Shown piece by piece: positions 34,743 through 40,000 of a stretch of DNA of 40,000 bases (position 1 is its first letter; each line of letters begins with the position of its first letter). The notes under the pieces were generated by a model. That model was not told the DNA's origin. It searched no databases and saw only the letters and a program-made list of their open reading frames with translations. Origin of the DNA: Yersinia phage phiR1-37; the sequence record AJ972879.2. The stretch is one strand, 5' to 3'. The translations under genes and the position numbers were made by a program.

Positions 34743-36473
34743 ATGACAAAACCGACAGTGACTAAACAGTTGATTTCGACTCAACTTGTTTATGACGAGA
34801 ACTTTAATCCCAATCTAATAACGATTGAAAAAATTAAAGATCAAGTTACTGGTAAGATTAAAAAGAAGGCATCTTTCGATAGTGATCCTAAAATCACTTA
34901 CTTCATAACTAAGCCGGAACATGAGCTTACTTATCCAGTAAAAGTAATCGAGAGAGATAAACTCATTCCAATCACGACTAGTTATAAAGATTTATTTAAA
35001 TCTATAGCTAAAGCTCGTAAACGTATGAATGAGTACAACGAAGCTAAAAATACACGGAAACGTGGTAAATTTAGGTTCCTTCATAATGACTGTAACGTTT
35101 ATGGTTCCGATGTAGATCTTGCAGATTATGCAATGATGGAATGGGAGAAAAATACCCCTCCAGATGTACAAGATGCTTCATTACCTCTTGAAAAAGTCTT
35201 TTCAGATATCGAAGTTGACATTTATAATTACGAAGGCTTTCCAGTGGAAGAACTTGCTCCCTGTGAGATTAACTTTGTATCATATGTCAACCCAAATAGA
35301 GGATCGTTAGTAAAAGTATGGGTGCTCTTTAATGAAGAGAACCATTCTATGGCAGAATTTATTGATAACTATGCAGATGGTAGCGCATTGTTATCTTCGG
35401 ATGATAATGAATATGCTAAATACGTATTAGACGATTTTATCAATAATAATGATACAGAAAAATTAAAATTTCATAAGTTTAAGACTCTCGAAATAGAATT
35501 CTTTGATGATGAGCTTGAACTAATCAAATCATATATGAATCAGGTTAAAAAAGATAAACCTGATTTTAATGCCTTATGGAATGCCCACTTCGATATTAGG
35601 ACGTTCTATGAACGCATTCTTAAACTTGGCGGCGATCCAGTAGAAATCTTTTGTCCAGAAAATTTCCCCGTTAAAAAGTGTGAAATTCGTAAAGATGAAA
35701 GAGCTAAAGACGTAGCTGACCGTTCTCATACATTTGATATCAGCGGTTATACACATTGGGTCGATTTACTTTACTTCTATGCAGCTAACCGTAAAGCTAA
35801 AGGTCAAAAGGAATCTTGGAAGTTACAGGATATTCTCTTGTCAGAGTTAGGAGAAGGTAAATTTGAATATGAAGGTGATATCAAAACTGCAGCATATGTG
35901 AATTTTGAATCATTCCTTAAATACTCAATTTACGACTCATATCGTATGTATCAGCTTGAGACTAAATGTCGTGACATTGATGTGATGTATGCTAACTCAC
36001 TAATGACATGTACACGTCTTAATAAAGTTCTTAAAAAGACCACTTCTATCAAGAATATTGCAAAAGTATTCTTGGAAAAAGAAGGATATATTCTCTCCAA
36101 TAATCTTAATATATTTATTGAACGAGAGAAAAAGAAATTCCAAGGTGCTTTCGTACTCGATCCAACTATGATGCAAAAGGTGGGAACCTTCATCAACGGA
36201 AGGAGGACTGCGAATATATTTGAGGATACGATAGACGAAGACTTAAGTAGTATGTATCCGTCAATTATTCTTGCATATGGTATCGATAACGAAACGCTTT
36301 TAGGTAAATTCCTTGTATTCCTAGATGAAGAAGAGGAAACCACAGATCCATTGTTTGATTCATTCGGTGAAAAAATGATGGAAGATGATCCAGAAATTAT
36401 TGCAACCACATATTTTAACCTCAAGCCAGCAGCTTATTATTTAGAGAGGTTAGATGATTTTATAGAGAAATAG
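34743..36473 (+). CDS. family-B DNA polymerase, N-terminal fragment (3'-5' exonuclease domain plus palm motif A), 576 aa
   Basis: Exo I FSDIEVDIY, Exo II NALWNAHFDIRTFY, Exo III YSIYDSYRM, motif A DLSSMYPSII; stops 2 nt before the next ORF. Confidence 0.9.
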   Translation: MTKPTVTKQLISTQLVYDENFNPNLITIEKIKDQVTGKIKKKASFDSDPKITYFITKPEHELTYPVKVIERDKLIPITTSYKDLFKSIAKARKRMNEYNEAKNTRKRGKFRFLHNDCNVYGSDVDLADYAMMEWEKNTPPDVQDASLPLEKVFSDIEVDIYNYEGFPVEELAPCEINFVSYVNPNRGSLVKVWVLFNEENHSMAEFIDNYADGSALLSSDDNEYAKYVLDDFINNNDTEKLKFHKFKTLEIEFFDDELELIKSYMNQVKKDKPDFNALWNAHFDIRTFYERILKLGGDPVEIFCPENFPVKKCEIRKDERAKDVADRSHTFDISGYTHWVDLLYFYAANRKAKGQKESWKLQDILLSELGEGKFEYEGDIKTAAYVNFESFLKYSIYDSYRMYQLETKCRDIDVMYANSLMTCTRLNKVLKKTTSIKNIAKVFLEKEGYILSNNLNIFIEREKKKFQGAFVLDPTMMQKVGTFINGRRTANIFEDTIDEDLSSMYPSIILAYGIDNETLLGKFLVFLDEEEETTDPLFDSFGEKMMEDDPEIIATTYFNLKPAAYYLERLDDFIEK

Positions 36474-36474
36474 T

Positions 36475-38160
36475 ATGGAACAAGATAAAGTGTATAAACT
36501 CTTTATCGGGAGAACGGAAGAAAAAGTAAAACGATTTAATTTTACTTTATTAAAGGTGGAAGAAATTCCACCTACTCCTGGAAAGAAAGACTTAGCGTCA
36601 AAGCATCTTTTAACTGTTAAATGTGATAAAGATCATATTACACAAGTTAAAGCCTGTAATTTTAAAGGTAAATGCCTAATCTGTTCTGGTAAGAACCAGA
36701 AAACTACGGAGCAATTTGCTAAAGAAGTTGATGATATAACTAATGGAGAATATAAATTAGTCAGTGATTATATTAATAAATCTACTAAAGTTGATATAAG
36801 CCATTTAGAATGTAATAGGGCTTTTAAAGTAACCCCTAATGATTTTTTGAATAAAAGTAATAGATGTCCTTTCTGCAATACTAATAGAACTAAACAGTAT
36901 TCTAAAGATGATATGGTTCTAGCTACAATAGACACTGTATCTGAGTATTTCAATTTAAATGTCATAGATGAGACTGATGATTATTGGATTGGAAGAGATT
37001 TATTAAATGATATCCAATTAATCTTTAAGAAGAAATATATCTCTCAATTAGCTATCCGTTCTAAAAATCAGCGACCTGTAACCAAATATGAGTTTGCAGA
37101 TATATTAGAGAAAGATGGGTATGAATTTGTAGATATTAATAGCATTCCTACACTAATAGGTGACAAAGAGAAATATTTAATTAGACATAAAGATTGTGAC
37201 CATGAATACTCTGTAAGATATAATCACTTCTATATCAATGAAAGGCGTTGCCCTAAATGCTCTAAAGGTAGAAAATTCTCTAATGGTGAAAAAGAAATAT
37301 TATCATTTATTGAATCATTAGGTATAGAGTGTATTCCAAATTACAGACCTAAAGGTAAGGGTAAAGAATTAGATATTTTTATACCTAGTATTTCTTTAGG
37401 TATTGAGTATAATGGTCAGTATTGGCATTCTGAAAGAATGTCTAGTGATAAATTAAATTTATTTAAGAAGACTGAATATTTTGCAGAGAATGGAATACGT
37501 ACAATTCATATTCTTTCTAGCGAATGGGCTTCTAAATCTGAGATAGTAAAAAGTCGTATTAGATATTTGGTTGGAAAAATAGATATAAGAATTCCTGCTA
37601 GGAAAACTATCTTTAAAGAAATACCATCTAAAACGGCCAACAACTTCCTAGAAGCTAACCATATTCAAGGTAAAGATAGAAATATTTTTAAATCTTATGG
37701 GTTATTCTATAATAATGGCCTTGTATCAGTTATAACATATAATAAGCCTAGGATTATAACTAATAATAAAAATGATGGTAAAAGCTTAGAGATTGGTAGA
37801 TTTGCTAGCATTTTAAATACTAATGTGATTTCAGGGTTTTCCAAATTACTTAAAAACTCATTAGAACGGTTAATGGATGAATATACATTTATTTATACAT
37901 ACGCTGATATGCGTTGGTCTACTGGAGGGGTATATGATGCCAGTGGATTTGATTTTGATTCTGTAACTAAACCGTCATATTACTATTTTAGAAATGATAG
38001 TGAATTATTCCATCGCTCTAACTTTATGAAGCATAAGTTGGTAGGTAAGCTAGAGAAATTTGATGAAAATTTATCTGAATACCAGAATATGCTTAATAAC
38101 GGCTATGATAGAATTTGGGATTGTGGTAATTTAAAATACATTCTAAATTTAGATGATTAG
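36475..38160 (+). CDS. putative homing endonuclease: zinc-ribbon-like repeats plus Vsr-like/EDxHD nuclease domain, 561 aa
   Basis: KGKELDIFIPSISLGIEYNGQYWHSERMSSDKLNLFKKTEYFAENGIRTIHILSSEW; CPFC, CPKC repeats; same architecture as 19455..21212. Confidence 0.85.
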   Translation: MEQDKVYKLFIGRTEEKVKRFNFTLLKVEEIPPTPGKKDLASKHLLTVKCDKDHITQVKACNFKGKCLICSGKNQKTTEQFAKEVDDITNGEYKLVSDYINKSTKVDISHLECNRAFKVTPNDFLNKSNRCPFCNTNRTKQYSKDDMVLATIDTVSEYFNLNVIDETDDYWIGRDLLNDIQLIFKKKYISQLAIRSKNQRPVTKYEFADILEKDGYEFVDINSIPTLIGDKEKYLIRHKDCDHEYSVRYNHFYINERRCPKCSKGRKFSNGEKEILSFIESLGIECIPNYRPKGKGKELDIFIPSISLGIEYNGQYWHSERMSSDKLNLFKKTEYFAENGIRTIHILSSEWASKSEIVKSRIRYLVGKIDIRIPARKTIFKEIPSKTANNFLEANHIQGKDRNIFKSYGLFYNNGLVSVITYNKPRIITNNKNDGKSLEIGRFASILNTNVISGFSKLLKNSLERLMDEYTFIYTYADMRWSTGGVYDASGFDFDSVTKPSYYYFRNDSELFHRSNFMKHKLVGKLEKFDENLSEYQNMLNNGYDRIWDCGNLKYILNLDD

Positions 38161-38356
38161 GAGATTGAAAATGACTTATTTTGACATTACTGATGATATG
38201 ATCTATGCGGCTGAACAGGAATTACTTAATACTCCTGGAGAAGGAATCATTGATGAATCACTTGCTCAGTCAAATGTATTTCGATTCATTAAAGCTGCAT
38301 TGGAAGCAGCTAATGTTCAAGTAGTTGATTGCCGTATATCAACTTCTGACAATTAA
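38153..38356 (+). CDS. small hypothetical protein, about 62-67 aa
   Basis: ORF; the Met at 38171 (MTYFDITDDM..., preceded by GAGATTG) is the more likely start. Confidence 0.6.
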   Translation: MIRRLKMTYFDITDDMIYAAEQELLNTPGEGIIDESLAQSNVFRFIKAALEAANVQVVDCRISTSDN

Positions 38357-38421
38357 TGTGTTTAGTTATGATTCATTGATATATAATTTTATTGTATCTT
38401 CTATATAAGGTTAATTAATAA

Positions 38422-39255
38422 ATGAAAGAAGATCTAGAGGATTATATAAATAGAATAATAAATAAATCCGAAATTCCTATATATGGAATAACTATATGTG
38501 AAAGAGGTAAAGAAGTAGATACATTTTCTATTTCTAATGGTAAAGAAAAAATCATCCGTAACTTTAAAATATACGATACTGATTATGGTACCGTTATGGA
38601 AAAAGTGGTTGACGGTAAATTAGGTAACGGTTTAGTTCTTCCAACCATGCCTCATGGCTACGTTATTTATAAACGTGCTAGAAAATCTCATATAGGTGGA
38701 GGTAGAGTAATTAGGGTTAATAAAGCATTTATCCGACTGTTTTTTAGTTCAGATATTTGTTTCCTATCCGGTGGTAGACGTTATCAGATAGAAGAAGCTG
38801 ATCTTCGATTTAAGGAAAAGGTTAAGATGGCTAAGAAGGTCAAAGATATAAAGAAGGTAATGAAAGAACATGAAAATGCTACGCTACCTTTAAAAGTAAG
38901 AACTCTTTTAGAATTAATTGAAGAGCAGTTTACTGTAGAGCGAGCCGAGGTTTTCAATAAATTAAATATTAAGATTCAAGACGCAATATTCAATATTAGT
39001 AGTATTAAATCTGCAAGAAAACTTCTTGAAGAAGCATATACTATTAAACGTAGAAATTTATGGTTTGAAACTATAGATTTTGCAATTAAAGCTTTGGAAA
39101 AGAAAAGAGATAATATATTTGATAATATTATGAATGGCTTTGATTCTCCAAAGTATCCAAAGAAACTCACTCAAATTAATGAACGTTTATCATTAGTTAA
39201 AGAGTTGATGGAAAAAGTTAAAGAAGACAACCAAAATAATCTTAATTCATATTAA
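38422..39255 (+). CDS. hypothetical protein, 277 aa
   Basis: Long ORF. Confidence 0.8.
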   Translation: MKEDLEDYINRIINKSEIPIYGITICERGKEVDTFSISNGKEKIIRNFKIYDTDYGTVMEKVVDGKLGNGLVLPTMPHGYVIYKRARKSHIGGGRVIRVNKAFIRLFFSSDICFLSGGRRYQIEEADLRFKEKVKMAKKVKDIKKVMKEHENATLPLKVRTLLELIEEQFTVERAEVFNKLNIKIQDAIFNISSIKSARKLLEEAYTIKRRNLWFETIDFAIKALEKKRDNIFDNIMNGFDSPKYPKKLTQINERLSLVKELMEKVKEDNQNNLNSY

Positions 39256-39269
39256 TAAGGAAATAGTAA

Positions 39270-40000
39270 ATGTTTAATAACATCCCTCCTATCATTAAAA
39301 TTGTTGGTAACTCTGAAACTCTCCAAGCTTTACGTGAAAAGCTTGCAACTTTTACTCCTGAACAAATTGAAGAAACCTTCCGTGGTGGCTACAGCGATAA
39401 TGATTTCTTTAATCGTATTATTAATGAAGCTCGTAATAAAGATAAGAAACCTTCAGTTTTTGAAGATATTCTTACTGATCTTATTATTAAGGCTACTAAG
39501 AAAAAAGCTGAAACACCTAAGCCTACTGAAGAAGTACCTGAAGAAGTTCGTATTGATCTTTTGAATATGTCTTCTGAAGATATTCAAAATCTTTCTAAAG
39601 AAGACCTTGAAAATATTCTTAAGTCTCTTGATGCTTATCATCATCGTATTCAATCTAGCCGTGACATGGTTTGGAATACAATTATGTTGCGTGAGCAAGA
39701 AGCTCATAATAGTCTGACTGAAATCAAATCAAATCTAAAAGATTTCATCCAGATTGTAAACTCTCTCGCTACTGATGTTAAAATTCAGCTTCCAGAAATA
39801 GATAAGGCTAAAAGTGTAGTTACTTGGATTATTAGTGATCGTTTACTAGTAATTGAACAGAAAACTAAACAAGTTTTGAATGGTGCAAAAACAGTTGCTA
39901 AAGCTATTCAAAATGGTGACATGATTTGTGATAATCCAACTTTCTTCTCAGAGCAAGTTAAAGTTCTTGAAGATAAGATGCTTCGTATTGATCAAGCTAA
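39270..40000 (+). CDS. hypothetical protein, 3'-truncated by window edge (MFNNIPPIIKIVGNSETLQALREKLATFTPEQIEETFRGG...)
   Basis: ATG at 39270 with AAGG RBS and an open frame of more than 240 codons to the window edge; absent from the supplied track. Confidence 0.85.
   Translation, partial: MFNNIPPIIKIVGNSETLQALREKLATFTPEQIEETFRGGYSDNDFFNRIINEARNKDKKPSVFEDILTDLIIKATKKKAETPKPTEEVPEEVRIDLLNMSSEDIQNLSKEDLENILKSLDAYHHRIQSSRDMVWNTIMLREQEAHNSLTEIKSNLKDFIQIVNSLATDVKIQLPEIDKAKSVVTWIISDRLLVIEQKTKQVLNGAKTVAKAIQNGDMICDNPTFFSEQVKVLEDKMLRIDQA

Noticed and set aside
34743-36473. Polymerase halves joined by a split intein
   Set aside because: The end of the N-fragment (AAYYLERLDDFIEK) and start of the C-fragment (MRCITLITYESLTKNEKK) show no intein block motifs or the Cys/Ser...HN junction residues.
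36474-38170. Trans-splicing group I intron halves flanking the split polymerase
   Set aside because: I searched by eye for the AAGATATAGTC/GACTAT core near 36470 and 38160 on both strands and near 33023 and found none.
39301-39564. 87-aa ORF on + and 84-aa ORF on - near the right end
   Set aside because: Out of frame with the well-supported truncated gene starting at 39270; low-complexity Leu/Lys and Asn/Lys translations typical of shadow frames.
1-40000. CRISPR arrays, retrons, diversity-generating repeats or tRNA clusters
   Set aside because: No regularly spaced direct repeats, reverse transcriptase motif (YxDD) or tRNA-like cloverleaf with a CCA/TTC signature was seen.

Overview
This 40 kb window is an AT-rich segment of a large tailed phage with a contractile tail. 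It has T4-type head/tail genes: terL, tail sheath, tail tube, portal, major capsid, PAAR spike tip and family-B DNA polymerase. The lineage is inferred from the proteins; no database was searched. Main observations: (1) terL (exons 10396..11025 and 12979..14394) is interrupted by a group I intron of IA type. Pairings P1, P10, P3, P7, P7.1, P8 and P9 can be drawn by hand and restore the frame exactly. The intron carries a 526-aa ORF that does not look like a homing endonuclease (coiled-coil regions, Ser/Thr-rich linkers, hydrophobic C-terminal segment) and has its own RBS and a rho-independent terminator. (2) The DNA polymerase is split across opposite strands. Exonuclease plus motif A are at 34743..36473 (+), and motifs B/C are at 31763..33023 (-). 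A further C-terminal segment (30700..31428, -) lies across a second, ORF-less group I intron whose 3' splice site I could not resolve. (3) Two large zinc-ribbon-repeat plus Vsr-like (EDxHD) endonucleases are present, one starting 2 nt after the polymerase N-fragment. (4) There is an HU-like protein with a histone-H1-like Ala/Lys/Pro tail, a family of about ten sequence-related intergenic hairpins, a candidate late-promoter motif (AACAnnAAAATAGAAA), recurring LxE prohead-protease-like sites, and a cluster of small membrane proteins. No tRNA or CRISPR array was recognised. Two real coding regions missing from the supplied ORF track were found (435..605 and 39270..end), and the first gene runs off the left edge.
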